Below the pieces are notes generated by a model. The model worked only from the letters and a program-made list of their open reading frames with translations, did no database searches and was not told the origin of the DNA. A stretch of 38,856 nt of DNA from a virus (taxonomy: Duplodnaviria; Heunggongvirae; Uroviricota; Caudoviricetes). The stretch lies in the IMG/VR virus record IMGVR_UViG_2513237219_000004, positions 1 to 38,856 of that record; one strand, 5' to 3'. This document shows, in pieces, positions 28,774 to 38,856 of the stretch (positions are counted from its first letter, which is position 1; the number at the start of each line of letters is the position of its first letter). Made by a program: the position numbers and the translations under genes.

Positions 28774-29251
28774 TTTAGTTCTTGCGGCATTACGTAAGCT
28801 CGGTGTGGCATCAAATGCCACGTTAACCGATGTAGAACCGCAGTCTATGGAAGACGGCGTCAACGACCTTGAAATGATGATGGCTGAATGGCTTGGAGGT
28901 GATGCGTCACTTGGTATCAACGTTGGCTACATTTTTGCTGATGCAGATGTAGCTCCAGATCCAGGCGATGAACACGGTTTATCAAATAACGCTATCAATG
29001 CCGTCATTTTCAACCTTGCCTGCCGCATTGCTCCAGATTATGCGCTGGAATCGTCAGCAAAACTTATAACCACTGCCAGATACGGGAAAGAGCGACTCGT
29101 CAAACTGTCTGCAATGGACAGAGCAAAAGCCGCTAAATGTAAGTCCGGTTATCCAAACCGTATGCCTGTTGGTAGTGGTAACCAGTTGGCGAAGTGGAAT
29201 GGTTGGAATTACTTCCACCGAAAGGAACCTTGCGATAACGGGAGCGAATAA
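28751..29251 (+). CDS. Tail accessory protein (P22 gp4 type)
   Basis: Internal ATG ([33 protein letters not shown]...) of track ORF 28664..29251; 166 aa as P22 gp4. Confidence 0.8.
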   Translation: MNLTTKGDLVLAALRKLGVASNATLTDVEPQSMEDGVNDLEMMMAEWLGGDASLGINVGYIFADADVAPDPGDEHGLSNNAINAVIFNLACRIAPDYALESSAKLITTARYGKERLVKLSAMDRAKAAKCKSGYPNRMPVGSGNQLAKWNGWNYFHRKEPCDNGSE

Positions 29252-30669
29252 TGCCGATTCAGCAACTTCCGCTTATGAAAGGTGTCGGCAAAGATTTCCG
29301 AAACGCCGACTATATCGACTATCTGCCAGTGAATATGCTGGCTACACCCAAAGAAATCCTCAACAGCAGCGGATATCTTCGCTCATTCCCGGGCATTGCC
29401 AAACGCTCTGATGTGAACGGTGTATCTCGCGGCGTCGAGTACAACATGGCGCAGAGTGCTGTTTATCGCGTGTGTGGCGGCAAGCTGTACAAAGGAGAAA
29501 GTGAAGTCGGTGATGTTGCCGGAAGTGGTCGCGTATCAATGGCGCATGGTCGGACATCGCAGGCGGTAGGCGTTAATGGTCAACTTTTCGAGTATCGCTA
29601 TGATGGCACGGTTAAAACCGTCTCAAACTGGCCTACAGACAGCGGATTCACACAGTACGAGTTAGGTTCAGTTCGCGACATTACGCGCTTACGTGGTCGT
29701 TATGCGTGGTCAAAAGACGGCACTGATTCATGGTTTATCACTGACCTTGAAGACGAATCGCATCCTGACCGCTACAGCGCACAATATCGTGCTGAGTCTC
29801 AGCCTGACGGCATCATCGGTATCGGCACATGGCGAGACTTCATCGTCTGCTTTGGTTCATCGACGATTGAATATTTCTCCCTGACTGGCGCAACCACCGT
29901 TGGTGCTGCTTTGTATGTCGCACAGCCATCGCTGATGGTGCAGAAAGGTATTGCCGGGACTTACTGCAAAACACCATTCGCTGATTCTTATGCGTTCATC
30001 AGCAATCCGGCAACAGGTGCGCCGTCTGTATACATCATCGGCTCCGGTCAGGTATCACCAATCGCCAGCGCGAGCATTGAGAAAATCCTCCGCTCCTACA
30101 CTGCTGATGAACTGGCTGATGGCGTGATGGAGTCTCTGCGATTTGATGCGCATGAGCTGCTGATTATCCATCTTCCGCGCCATGTTCTGGTGTACGACGC
30201 ATCTTCAAGCGCCAATGGTCCGCAATGGTGTGTACTGAAAACAGGCCTGTATGACGATGTGTACCGCGCTATCGACTTCATTTACGAAGGCAATCAGATA
30301 ACGTGCGGCGATAAGCTGGAATCCGTGACCGGGAAACTGCAATTCGATATCAGCAGCCAGTATGACAAGCAGCAGGAACACCTGCTGTTTACTCCACTCT
30401 TCAAAGCAGATAACGCCAGATGCTTTGATCTGGAGGTGGAATCATCGACGGGTGTTGCTCAGTACGCTGACCGCCTTTTTCTCTCTGCAACCACTGACGG
30501 CATAAATTACGGTCGTGAGCAGATGATTGAGCAGAATGAACCGTTCGTTTACGACAAACGCGTTTTGTGGAAGAAAGTAGGGCGCATCAGGAAAAATGTC
30601 GGCTTCAAATTGCGCGTTATCACGAAGTCACCTGTAACTCTTTCTGGCGCTCAGATAAGGATTGAGTAA
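29251..30669 (+). CDS. Tail accessory protein (P22 gp10 type)
   Basis: 472 aa, size and position of P22 gp10. Confidence 0.8.
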   Translation: MPIQQLPLMKGVGKDFRNADYIDYLPVNMLATPKEILNSSGYLRSFPGIAKRSDVNGVSRGVEYNMAQSAVYRVCGGKLYKGESEVGDVAGSGRVSMAHGRTSQAVGVNGQLFEYRYDGTVKTVSNWPTDSGFTQYELGSVRDITRLRGRYAWSKDGTDSWFITDLEDESHPDRYSAQYRAESQPDGIIGIGTWRDFIVCFGSSTIEYFSLTGATTVGAALYVAQPSLMVQKGIAGTYCKTPFADSYAFISNPATGAPSVYIIGSGQVSPIASASIEKILRSYTADELADGVMESLRFDAHELLIIHLPRHVLVYDASSSANGPQWCVLKTGLYDDVYRAIDFIYEGNQITCGDKLESVTGKLQFDISSQYDKQQEHLLFTPLFKADNARCFDLEVESSTGVAQYADRLFLSATTDGINYGREQMIEQNEPFVYDKRVLWKKVGRIRKNVGFKLRVITKSPVTLSGAQIRIE

Positions 30670-31370
30670 TGGCGGATTCGAATCTCAACACTCCTGTTAT
30701 TGTGCAGGCGACGCGGCTCGATACATCAATCCTTCCACGCAATATCTTCTCGCAGTCGTATCTGCTTTACGTTATCGCGCAAGGTACTGATGTTGGTAAC
30801 GTGGCTAACAAGGCCAACGAGGCCGGACAGGGCGCTTACGATGCTCAGGTGAAAAACGATGAACAGGATGTCGAACTGGCTGACCACGATGCAAGAATCA
30901 CCGCAAACACAAAAGCGATAAATCTCCTTGAGGTCAGGTTAACAACCGCCGAAGGGAAGATAGTCGTACTGCGTAGCGATGTTGATTACTTGCTGGATGA
31001 GGTTATCGATATTCAGGCGCATCTGGTCACTGTTGACCAAAGACTGGATGGCGTAGAAAGCGATGTATCTGACATTAAGAGTGATTACGTATCGAAAACC
31101 GTAACCGAATCGCAGTCTCTTGCGTCACCGCTGGATGTAAAAACATCATATTCAGTTGATGGAATTCAGGTTGTTGGAGCAAGAAATACCGGATGGACTG
31201 CAGCCACAGGTACACCTCTTCTTGGCTCATTCAACGCTAACCAGTCATACACGGTCGGCACTACGTACACACAATCCGAAGTCGCGGCTCTCGCTACAGG
31301 TTTGCAGCAGGCGCGGCAGCGTATTCTGGCGCTTGAAACAGCACTTAGATTACATGGGCTGATTGACTGA
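30669..31370 (+). CDS. Tail needle protein (P22 gp26 type)
   Basis: 233 aa [43 protein letters not shown]... and C-terminal ...[21 protein letters not shown] match P22 gp26. Confidence 0.9.
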   Translation: MADSNLNTPVIVQATRLDTSILPRNIFSQSYLLYVIAQGTDVGNVANKANEAGQGAYDAQVKNDEQDVELADHDARITANTKAINLLEVRLTTAEGKIVVLRSDVDYLLDEVIDIQAHLVTVDQRLDGVESDVSDIKSDYVSKTVTESQSLASPLDVKTSYSVDGIQVVGARNTGWTAATGTPLLGSFNANQSYTVGTTYTQSEVAALATGLQQARQRILALETALRLHGLID

Positions 31371-31825
31371 TGATTACATTCAAACCAACGCGAAACATCG
31401 ACTTGATCGAAGCAGTCGGAAATCACCCTGACATTATTGCCGGGAGCAACAACGGTGATGGATACGACTATAAACATGATTGCCGTTACTTTGAGGTGAA
31501 CGTGCACGGGCAGTTCGGCGGCATTGTTTACTATCAGGAGATTCAGCCGCTGACATTCGATTGCCACGCCATGTACCTGCCAGAGGTTCGCGGCTTCAGC
31601 AAGGAAATCGGGCTGGCGTTCTGGCGATACATTCTGACTAACACCACTGTTCAGTGTGTCACATCGTTCGCTGCGCGCAAATTCCGCCACGGGCAGATGT
31701 ACTGCGCAATGATTGGCCTTAATCGTGTAGGAACCATCAAGAAATACTTCAAAGGCGTGGATGACGTGACATTTTACAGTGCTACACGCGAAGAACTAAT
31801 CGAATTCCTGAATCACGGGAGATAG
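31370..31825 (+). CDS. Head completion protein (P22 gp14 type)
   Basis: 151 aa, position and size. Confidence 0.75.
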   Translation: MITFKPTRNIDLIEAVGNHPDIIAGSNNGDGYDYKHDCRYFEVNVHGQFGGIVYYQEIQPLTFDCHAMYLPEVRGFSKEIGLAFWRYILTNTTVQCVTSFAARKFRHGQMYCAMIGLNRVGTIKKYFKGVDDVTFYSATREELIEFLNHGR

Positions 31826-31827
31826 CC

Positions 31828-32520
31828 ATGTTATATGCATTTAAGCTGGGCAGAAAACTGCGCGGCGAGGAACCTTATTGCCCTGAAAAAGGCGGGAAAG
31901 GTGGCAGTTCTGATAAAAGCGCAAAGTATGCCGCAGAAGCTCAGAAGTATGCAGCAGACCTGCAAAATCAGCAGTGGCAGACGATCATGAAAAACCTTGC
32001 TCCGTTCACGCCGCTTGCGGAGCAGTATGTTAACCAGTTGCAGAATCTTTCCAGTTTAGAAGGTCAGGGGCAGGCACTTAATCATTATTACAACTCTCAG
32101 CAGTATAAAGACCTTGCAGGTCAGGCGCGCTATCAGAGTCTGGCGGCAGCGGAAGCAACAGGTGGATTGGGTTCCACTGCAACCGGTAATCAGTTAGCAA
32201 CAATCGCACCAACGCTTGGTCAGCAGTGGCTGTCTGGTCAGATGAACAACTACCAGAATCTGGCAAACGTTGGGCTTGGTGCTCTGCAAGGTCAGGCAAA
32301 CGCCGGGCAGACATATGCCAACAACATGAGTCAGATTTCGCAGCAAAGTGCGGCGCTGGCGGCGGCAAACGCCAACCGACCGTCAGCATTGCAGCAGGGT
32401 GTTAGTGGTGCTGCATCCGGTGCACTTTTGGGGGGTGGCATAGCCAGTGCTCTCGAGCTATCAACTCCGTGGGGTGCTGGTATCGGTGCTGGTCTTGGTC
32501 TGCTCGGCTCGTTGTTTTAA
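31828..32520 (+). CDS. Ejection protein (P22 gp7 type)
   Basis: 230 aa MLYAFKLGRKLRGEEPYCPEKGGKGGSSDKSAKYAAEAQKYAADLQNQQWQ... matches P22 gp7. Confidence 0.85.
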   Translation: MLYAFKLGRKLRGEEPYCPEKGGKGGSSDKSAKYAAEAQKYAADLQNQQWQTIMKNLAPFTPLAEQYVNQLQNLSSLEGQGQALNHYYNSQQYKDLAGQARYQSLAAAEATGGLGSTATGNQLATIAPTLGQQWLSGQMNNYQNLANVGLGALQGQANAGQTYANNMSQISQQSAALAAANANRPSALQQGVSGAASGALLGGGIASALELSTPWGAGIGAGLGLLGSLF

Positions 32521-32530
32521 GGGGTAATCA

Positions 32531-33826
32531 ATGGCTACGTGGCAAGGATCAAATGGCGGATTGTTAGCTGGTATCGGCGGCGTCAACTCAAACGCTCCGA
32601 GCGTAAATGACATCGGCAATACGCTTCAGCTTATCAGGCAGAACAATGATATTGAGCGTTCAGGCGCTAACAATGTTGGGCTGACTGCTTTGCAAGGTCT
32701 TTCAGGTATTGCAGGGGTGTTTCAGCAGGGAAAGCAGGCTCAGCGGCAGAAAGAATTTCAGCAGGCGTACGCTAATGCTTATGCGTCTGGTGATCGCGGT
32801 GCTTTGCGTCAGTTGGCTACTCAATATCCAGACCAGATTGAATCCGTTCGTAAAGGCATGGGATTCATTGATGAAGACCAGCGCAACTCTATCGGCACCT
32901 TAGCGGCTGGCGCTCGCCTTGCGTCATCATCTCCAGAAGCGATGCAATCATGGCTGCAAAACAACGCCAAGGAACTGACTCGCGTCGGTGTTGACCCTAA
33001 CAGCGTTGCTCAGATGTATCAGCAGAACCCTTCAGGATTTGGTGAGTTTGTTGATCACCTTGGAATGGCTGCTCTTGGTCCGATTGATTACTTCAATGTT
33101 CAGGACAAGATGGCAGGTCGTGAGATTGACCGAGGCAGGCTGGCAGAGACAATCCGCAGCAATCAGGCTGGAGAGGCGCTAACAGCGCGTGGTCAGGACA
33201 TCCAGATACGTGGACAGAACATCAGCGCACAGAATGCTGCTCTTTCCCGCGAAATACAAAGAGCAGAATTACAAGAAAAGGCTCTGGACAGACAAATAGC
33301 CAGAGAAAGCAATCAGTTAAAGCTTGAAGAGCTAAAACAGAAACAGGCAGATGTTCGGCAAAAGGCTGACATAGCCCGCGCTGACAGGCAGGCCGCCGCT
33401 CAGGGTGCAGTTGATACATTCAGCACCGCGCTTGATTCTCTCAACGAGATAGAGCAAAGCCCCGGCCTTTCAAAAGCAGTAGGAATTCGCTCAGCGTTTC
33501 CGACAGTTCCTGGCTCTGATGCAGCTAACTTTGAAGCAAGGCTCGACACCTTTAAAGCTCAAACATTCCTTCCTATGGTGCAGTCCCTTAAGGGTATGGG
33601 GGCTCTTTCAGATGCTGAGGGTAAAAAATTATCCGATGCGGTTGGTGCCCTAAGCCCCAAAATGAGTGAAAAGGCTTTTCGTGACTCTATCGGAAAGATT
33701 AGAAATCAGCTTGAAAGCAAGTTGAGCACTGTTAAAAAACAGTTTGATTATCAGGAGCCGGTGCAGAATATGCCAGGGCAACAATCTACTACTGGCAGTA
33801 ACTTTTCTTCACTATGGGGTGATTAA
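32531..33826 (+). CDS. Ejection protein (P22 gp20 type)
   Basis: 431 aa, position after gp7; coiled-coil rich. Confidence 0.75.
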   Translation: MATWQGSNGGLLAGIGGVNSNAPSVNDIGNTLQLIRQNNDIERSGANNVGLTALQGLSGIAGVFQQGKQAQRQKEFQQAYANAYASGDRGALRQLATQYPDQIESVRKGMGFIDEDQRNSIGTLAAGARLASSSPEAMQSWLQNNAKELTRVGVDPNSVAQMYQQNPSGFGEFVDHLGMAALGPIDYFNVQDKMAGREIDRGRLAETIRSNQAGEALTARGQDIQIRGQNISAQNAALSREIQRAELQEKALDRQIARESNQLKLEELKQKQADVRQKADIARADRQAAAQGAVDTFSTALDSLNEIEQSPGLSKAVGIRSAFPTVPGSDAANFEARLDTFKAQTFLPMVQSLKGMGALSDAEGKKLSDAVGALSPKMSEKAFRDSIGKIRNQLESKLSTVKKQFDYQEPVQNMPGQQSTTGSNFSSLWGD

Positions 33827-34185
33827 TGGCTAAAGCATGGAAAGATGTTATCGCCTCTCCACAGTATCAGGCGTTAGCACCAGAACAAAAAGCGCAGGCT
33901 CAGGAGCAATACTTCAATGAAGTCGTGGCCCCGCAAGCCGGAGAAAATGCAGAGCAGGCTAAGCAAGCTTTCTATGCTGCCTATCCATTGCCATCTGTGC
34001 AGACAGTGGAGACACAACAACCAGTATCACAGCAACAACCACAGCAAAGTGGATTTATGTCTGATCTTGGCGAAGCAGTAAAAGAGACTGGTCGCGGACT
34101 GGTGCAGGCTGGCGTGAACGTGGCAAACATACCTGCATCAGTTGCCGATGCTGTAACCAAGCGCGGCGGCTTGGGCTGGCGGTAA
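33826..34185 (+). CDS. Ejection protein gp16-like, N-terminal piece (frame 1)
   Basis: 119-aa ORF starting with TAATG overlap on gp20 stop; ends at TAA 34183..34185 while the next frame is already open from 34157. Confidence 0.55.
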   Translation: MAKAWKDVIASPQYQALAPEQKAQAQEQYFNEVVAPQAGENAEQAKQAFYAAYPLPSVQTVETQQPVSQQQPQQSGFMSDLGEAVKETGRGLVQAGVNVANIPASVADAVTKRGGLGWR

Positions 34186-34270
34186 ACTCGGTATTGGCGA
34201 TGGGACATATCAACCAGCACCACGAGTAACAACGCAGGGATTAGAGCAGGACTTTGGCCTTCAGCAAGGT

Positions 34271-35824
34271 GTGCTGACTCCACAAACGACAGAGGGAAGG
34301 GTATTTGCTGAAGCATTGCCTTACCTCACTCCTGCTGGCGTTGAGAGAGCGGCGGCACAGGCACCAACACTTGCTGGTCGAATTGCTCAGGGGGCAACTC
34401 GACTTCTCGCAGAAAACGCAGTTGGATCACTTGCTGCAAACAGTATGAAAGATGATGCGGAAGCACTCGCTACCGATTTAGGTGTTGGCGTTCTGGCAGG
34501 CGGCGCTATTAACGCTGCTGGACGTGGATTAGGTGCTGCTTATCGTGGCGTTCGCGGTGCTATTGCGCCAGAAGCGCAGCATGCTATCAGATTTGCAGAG
34601 CGTGAAGGAGTGCCTCTGCACACCACAGACCTGTTACAACCTACTTCCCGCGTCGGAAAAATGGCGCAAACGACAGCAGAAAATATCCCCCTGGCTGGCA
34701 CAAGCGGAATGAGAGCAACGCAACAGGAAGCGAGAAGCCAGTTGGTGCAGAGATTTGCTGATAAATTCGGTGAGTATGATCCAGCGGTTGTTATTGACAG
34801 CCTTAAAGCGAAAACATCAGGAATTCGTCGCGCCGCAGGAAATCGACTGGAGCAGGTTCAGAATGCCATGGCGGGAATAAACATTCAGCCTGCAAGAGCA
34901 ATTCAGCAGATTGATACAGAAATATCTAACCTGCAGAAGCTTGGTAAGGTTGCTGATAACGAGACTATTTCAAAACTTCAGTCCTATCGTGATGAGCTTG
35001 TTCGCAATGCTGGTCCTGATGGTCCGGTAAATCTGGATTTGAAGCAATTAAGCGATCTGCGCAGCCAGTTCAGAATGGACGTGAAGGGGGAGCGACCAGT
35101 GTTACCAAACCGTTCCGATGCTGCCATTCAGCGCGTTTACAAGGCAATGACCGACGATATCAATGGTGCCATTGGTCAGAATCTTGGCAACGATACTCTC
35201 CGTAAATATCAGCAAGCCAATGCCGTCTACGCTGACGAAGCGGCTAAACTAAAGAATACCAGGCTGAAGAATGTTCTCATGAAAGGCGACCTGACGCCGG
35301 AAGTTGTCAACAACATGCTATTCAGCAAGAACAAATCGGAAATTAAGACGCTGTATAACTCAGTTGGTCGTGTTGGCAGGGCGCAAATGCGCAATGGCAT
35401 CATTGGAAAGGCGATGGAGAAATCTGGCGGATCCCCTGACCAGTTCCTTCGGCAGCTTAATATCCTGCAAAACCAGACTGGCATCACATTTAAAGGTCAG
35501 GAAGCCGCTTATCTGAAAGGATTAAAAAACTACCTGCAATCCACGCAGCAGGCTGCAAAAGCGGCAATAACAACACCCACAGGGCAGCAAACTATCCCGT
35601 TCATTATTGGGTATGGGACGGCAATGAACCCGGCTACAACTGGCGCAGCAGTAAGCTACGGACTTCTTACTCGCGCCTATGAGAGCGAGCCATTCAGAAA
35701 TGCAATGCTCCGAATGGCAAACACCCCACGCGGATCGACAGCGTTTGAGAAAGCCATGCAGCAAGCGCAAAAAGCGATTAATGCACTGACGCAGGGTGCT
35801 AAGTCTGATTCGTTGTCAGAATAG
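34271..35824 (+). CDS. Ejection protein gp16-like, C-terminal piece (frame 2)
   Basis: 517-aa track ORF from a GTG without clear SD; its frame is open back to 34157 with no ATG, so it is probably the continuation of 33826..34185. Confidence 0.65.
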   Translation: MLTPQTTEGRVFAEALPYLTPAGVERAAAQAPTLAGRIAQGATRLLAENAVGSLAANSMKDDAEALATDLGVGVLAGGAINAAGRGLGAAYRGVRGAIAPEAQHAIRFAEREGVPLHTTDLLQPTSRVGKMAQTTAENIPLAGTSGMRATQQEARSQLVQRFADKFGEYDPAVVIDSLKAKTSGIRRAAGNRLEQVQNAMAGINIQPARAIQQIDTEISNLQKLGKVADNETISKLQSYRDELVRNAGPDGPVNLDLKQLSDLRSQFRMDVKGERPVLPNRSDAAIQRVYKAMTDDINGAIGQNLGNDTLRKYQQANAVYADEAAKLKNTRLKNVLMKGDLTPEVVNNMLFSKNKSEIKTLYNSVGRVGRAQMRNGIIGKAMEKSGGSPDQFLRQLNILQNQTGITFKGQEAAYLKGLKNYLQSTQQAAKAAITTPTGQQTIPFIIGYGTAMNPATTGAAVSYGLLTRAYESEPFRNAMLRMANTPRGSTAFEKAMQQAQKAINALTQGAKSDSLSE

Positions 35825-35914
35825 CCTTTCAAACACCAGGAACGTGCAAAAACCAAATATGTAGAACGCGAGGTTTATCGTATCCCTCTGCATAGGCGAT
35901 ACCTTTGCTGATTG

Positions 35915-36400
35915 TTATCTGATGTTACTGCTACTGTTGCATGTTACCGTGTTTCCAAATCCTGAATTGCAGTTTGTATATGTGTCAACGCGTGTTGGGT
36001 AAGGTTGAGTTATAACAGGCTGGCGCGCTTTTTGCTCGATCGCTTGCATTGTGTTTACAGCCTGATAATTCAATAAAGCCTGCTGGAATGCTTGGCTTTG
36101 TGCTATTTGTTGGGCTTGTTCTTGGATTTGTAATTGAACATAAAGATTCTGAAGCTCAAGTCTTGCCTGTGCGTCACTTATCTTGCCTTCATCGACACCT
36201 TGCCCGAGCATCTTTGCAGCAAGGACATACAGCTTAGGTGTTGGTGCTGATGCCATGCGTGAGTCGTTCTTCACACTGGCATCAAGGCAATTAGCCATAT
36301 CGCTAAGCTTTTGATAGCGTTGTTCGCAACTTGCTTGATAGTCACTTACTTTTGCGCATCCAACCAGCAGAATCGGGATAATTAACAGTGATTTTTTCAT
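35915..36400 (-). CDS. Lipoprotein in the sieA/immI slot
   Basis: Track ORF 35915..36436 trimmed to ATG at 36400 after AAGGAG; signal peptide with lipobox LLVGC (MKKSLLIIPILLVGC); Gln-rich coiled-coil body. Confidence 0.7.
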   Translation of the reverse strand: MKKSLLIIPILLVGCAKVSDYQASCEQRYQKLSDMANCLDASVKNDSRMASAPTPKLYVLAAKMLGQGVDEGKISDAQARLELQNLYVQLQIQEQAQQIAQSQAFQQALLNYQAVNTMQAIEQKARQPVITQPYPTRVDTYTNCNSGFGNTVTCNSSSNIR

Positions 36401-36470
36401 ATGGTTAACTCTCCTTAGTTTTTCACAGGATATCATGAAGGCTATGCCATTTTAGCCGGAAACTAGATTT

Positions 36471-36737
36471 CTATGTTTCCTTTTTATTATTGCTATACAT
36501 GGTCTTAAGCGTATCAAAGACAATTTTCTTAACCATCTCAGATTGTTGTTCTGCTATACGCTCTGCATCGTCAATGTAAACGGATGCAGAGCTTTGTTTA
36601 GCCAATGATTCTTCAATCGCTGCAATTATCTCTGAGTTCAGCGATCTGTTATTCATCTTCGCACGCTGTTTAATTTTCGCGTGGAGTTCATGCGGAAGTC
36701 TCAAGTGAAACTGCGCCTCGTCGTATTTGCTGTACAT
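36471..36737 (-). CDS. mnt: Mnt-like ribbon-helix-helix repressor
   Basis: Internal ATG (MYSKYDEAQFHLRLPHELHAKIKQRAKMNNRSLNSE...DAERIAEQQSEMVKKIVFDTLK) resembles P22 Mnt by recall; GGTGAGG RBS. Confidence 0.75.
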   Translation of the reverse strand: MYSKYDEAQFHLRLPHELHAKIKQRAKMNNRSLNSEIIAAIEESLAKQSSASVYIDDAERIAEQQSEMVKKIVFDTLKTMYSNNKKET

Positions 36738-36810
36738 CCTTGATGCCTCACCAGTTGGGTGGAATGGCATCGTAACCTACTGGATAAATACTCAATAGTA
36801 CCATTTCGGT

Positions 36811-36833
36811 ATGCAATCACATCATGGTTGCAT
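36811..36833. promoter_or_regulatory. Candidate operator: inverted repeat ATGCAA-N11-TTGCAT
   Basis: Perfect 6-bp arms between the divergent mnt-like and tailspike genes. Confidence 0.3.
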
Positions 36834-36858
36834 CATATCATTCGTCTGGAGCAATGAA

Positions 36859-38856
36859 ATGTCAGATATCACCGCAAATGTTGTGGTAAGCATGCCTTCG
36901 CAACTCTTCACTATGGCTCGTTCTTTTAAAGCCGTAGCTAATGGAAAGATTTATATCGGAAAAATTGACACTGACCCGGTAAATCCTGAAAACCAGATTC
37001 AGGTTTATGTGGAGAACGAAGACGGCTCTCACGTTCCTGTATCGCAACCAATCATCATTAACGCTGCTGGTTACCCCGTATACAACGGACAGATTGCCAA
37101 GTTTGTAACTGTGCAAGGCCATTCTATGGCTGTTTATGATGCGTACGGTGCGCAGCAGTTCTATTTTCCTAATGTGCTGAAGTATGACCCGGATCAGTTA
37201 AGGCAAGAACTTTTAAGTTCAGATGATGGGCTTGGTGATTCATTAATCACAGTAAAACAACCTTTAATTAATTCTACAAAACGAACACAGCATGATAAAA
37301 ATGCAGAGAATATTAGTATTCTTGATTTTGTAAAACATGAAGATGTTAGCGACATTGTTAATGGCAATATTGACGCAACACACATATTTTCCTATGCATC
37401 TTCAGTTTCACCTGACGGTGTTTATGTTCCACAAGGTACTTATTTAATTGATGGCTATATTAATGGAAAATTTTATGGCCCTGGTAAAATAATACAAAGT
37501 AAAGGAGACGAACCTATTCCATTTGCAAATCCTGCTCAGACAATTGGAAATGTTTTTTTGGGTTTTGATGCTGGCAAGCTATATAATGGAAATGATATAT
37601 CTGGGCAAGTTGTTGCGATTGGACCAAGTGCTGGAAGAAACATTAGCACGGGCAATAACATTACAGCAATTGGGACAGGTGTATTATCAGGTGATACCCT
37701 TCAAGACGATCTCACAGATACATCGCCATGTACTGGCACTGAGATTGTAGCAATTGGTGTGAATGCGTGCAAAAAAGCAACCACAGCTAGTAACATAATT
37801 GGAATTGGGCGCGATGCCCTAAATGAAAATAAAGAAGGAAATTTTAATGTTGCAGTAGGATCAAGTGCATTACAACAACTTCATACTGGTAGTGGTAATG
37901 TTGCAATAGGTCGAGCGGCTGGAATGCGAGCTGGAATTGTTACAGACCAATCAGGCAAAAGGTTGTCTTATAACATTCTAAATAATAACACATTTATAGG
38001 CAATGCATCCGGAAGGGAGATTACAAATGGAGATAACAATACATATATTGGTAGCGGATCAGGAAGAGGGATTTCTTCTATAGATAACCCTTATACAGGC
38101 ACATCTACAGGTATGAATAATGTCGCAGTAGGAGCCGACTCACTTAATTCTATTGGTTCGGCAAGTAACAATGTAATGCTTGGATATAGATCTGGTAGAT
38201 CGTTAAGCTCTGGAACAGGTAATATATTTATCGGAACCAATGCTGGTTCGGCAATTTCTTCAGGTGACAACCAATTAATAATTGCTAATCAGAGCGGGCT
38301 CCCTTTTTTGAGTGGGTTGATGGGACCTGTTTCTGATGAGAATAATTATGCTCGTTTTGATGCGTCGGTACAACCAGCAACAGATAACGCTAGAAATTGC
38401 GGTTCAGCATCCAGAAGGTGGAATACAATATTTGCTGGCACTTCAACGATTAACACATCGGATGGTCGAGTTAAGACTGATAAAAGACCGATTACTGATG
38501 CAGAGAGACGTGTTGCATATAAAATAAAGGGTTTGGTTTGTTGTTTTAGATTTATAGATTCAGTAATTGAAAAAGGAGAAAATGCTAGATTACATTTTGG
38601 CATTATTGCCCAAGATGTATATAAAGCATTTGCTGAAGAAGGGCTTGATGCAAACGACTATGGTCTTTTTTGCTATGATAAATGGGAAACTGAATACGAA
38701 CCAGTAATTGCTAAAAAGATAATTTTTGATGAAGAATCCGGTGATGAAAAATTAATTGAATATGATACTGGAGAACGCAGAATATCTATAGAAGGGGGTG
38801 AGCGATATGGAATAAGATATGAAGAATTATTATGTTTTATAATATCTGCAATATAA
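36859..38856 (+). CDS. Tailspike: P22 gp9-like head-binding domain + Gly-rich repeat receptor-binding region + C-terminal intramolecular chaperone (S74-like)
   Basis: Internal ATG of track ORF 36811..38856; [47 protein letters not shown]... matches P22 gp9 N-terminus; C-terminus SDGRVKTD...[24 protein letters not shown] resembles S74 chaperone domains; distal two thirds AT-rich. Confidence 0.85.
   Translation: MSDITANVVVSMPSQLFTMARSFKAVANGKIYIGKIDTDPVNPENQIQVYVENEDGSHVPVSQPIIINAAGYPVYNGQIAKFVTVQGHSMAVYDAYGAQQFYFPNVLKYDPDQLRQELLSSDDGLGDSLITVKQPLINSTKRTQHDKNAENISILDFVKHEDVSDIVNGNIDATHIFSYASSVSPDGVYVPQGTYLIDGYINGKFYGPGKIIQSKGDEPIPFANPAQTIGNVFLGFDAGKLYNGNDISGQVVAIGPSAGRNISTGNNITAIGTGVLSGDTLQDDLTDTSPCTGTEIVAIGVNACKKATTASNIIGIGRDALNENKEGNFNVAVGSSALQQLHTGSGNVAIGRAAGMRAGIVTDQSGKRLSYNILNNNTFIGNASGREITNGDNNTYIGSGSGRGISSIDNPYTGTSTGMNNVAVGADSLNSIGSASNNVMLGYRSGRSLSSGTGNIFIGTNAGSAISSGDNQLIIANQSGLPFLSGLMGPVSDENNYARFDASVQPATDNARNCGSASRRWNTIFAGTSTINTSDGRVKTDKRPITDAERRVAYKIKGLVCCFRFIDSVIEKGENARLHFGIIAQDVYKAFAEEGLDANDYGLFCYDKWETEYEPVIAKKIIFDEESGDEKLIEYDTGERRISIEGGERYGIRYEELLCFIISAI

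Larger units (their letters stand above)
1..38856. mobile_element. Mosaic lambdoid / P22-like temperate phage genome (int through tailspike)
   Basis: Continuous phage gene order with integrase at one end and tailspike at the other; many proteins match lambda or P22 proteins by recall. Confidence 0.9.

Noticed and set aside
28276-28920. 214-aa ORF on the minus strand
   Set aside because: Antisense to the conserved coat and gp4 genes and to the PE-repeat ORF (its LWLWLW stretch is the reverse reading of the GAGCCA repeat); no RBS.
31166-31690. 174-aa ORF on the minus strand
   Set aside because: Lies antisense inside the gp26 and gp14 genes, which match P22 proteins.
1-38856. CRISPR arrays, rRNA, tRNA, IS elements
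   Set aside because: No spacer-repeat arrays, no transposase ORFs and no terminal inverted repeats; all direct repeats found are explained as iterons, operators or coding repeats.

Overview
The window is almost entirely one mosaic lambdoid temperate phage or prophage, running from the integrase stop codon (position 1) to the tailspike stop codon (38856); no att site or host flank is visible. Layout: int-xis and accessory early-left genes on the minus strand (Ea22-like paralogs, RecT/Gam, candidate cIII/kil, lambda-type N with nutL); a non-lambda immunity region; lambda-type cro-nutR-cII; O-like initiator with internal iterons and a DnaB-type helicase; a lambda/DLP12-type nin region and Q; lambda-type S-R-Rz/Rz1 lysis genes; then a P22-type headful packaging and virion module ending in a chimeric tailspike. 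Calls rest on six-frame translations compared from memory with lambda and P22 proteins, plus RBS, hairpin and repeat inspection; no database search was run. The most notable observations are a CI-type repressor split by a frameshift in a homopolymer-rich stretch, a small membrane protein in the rex slot, a lipoprotein plus orphan Mnt repressor in the sieA/immI slot, a split gp16-like ejection protein gene, and a tailspike with a non-P22 receptor-binding part and a C-terminal chaperone domain. No multi-gene defence system with recognisable enzymatic domains was found; the candidates are small single proteins of unknown function in known moron slots.
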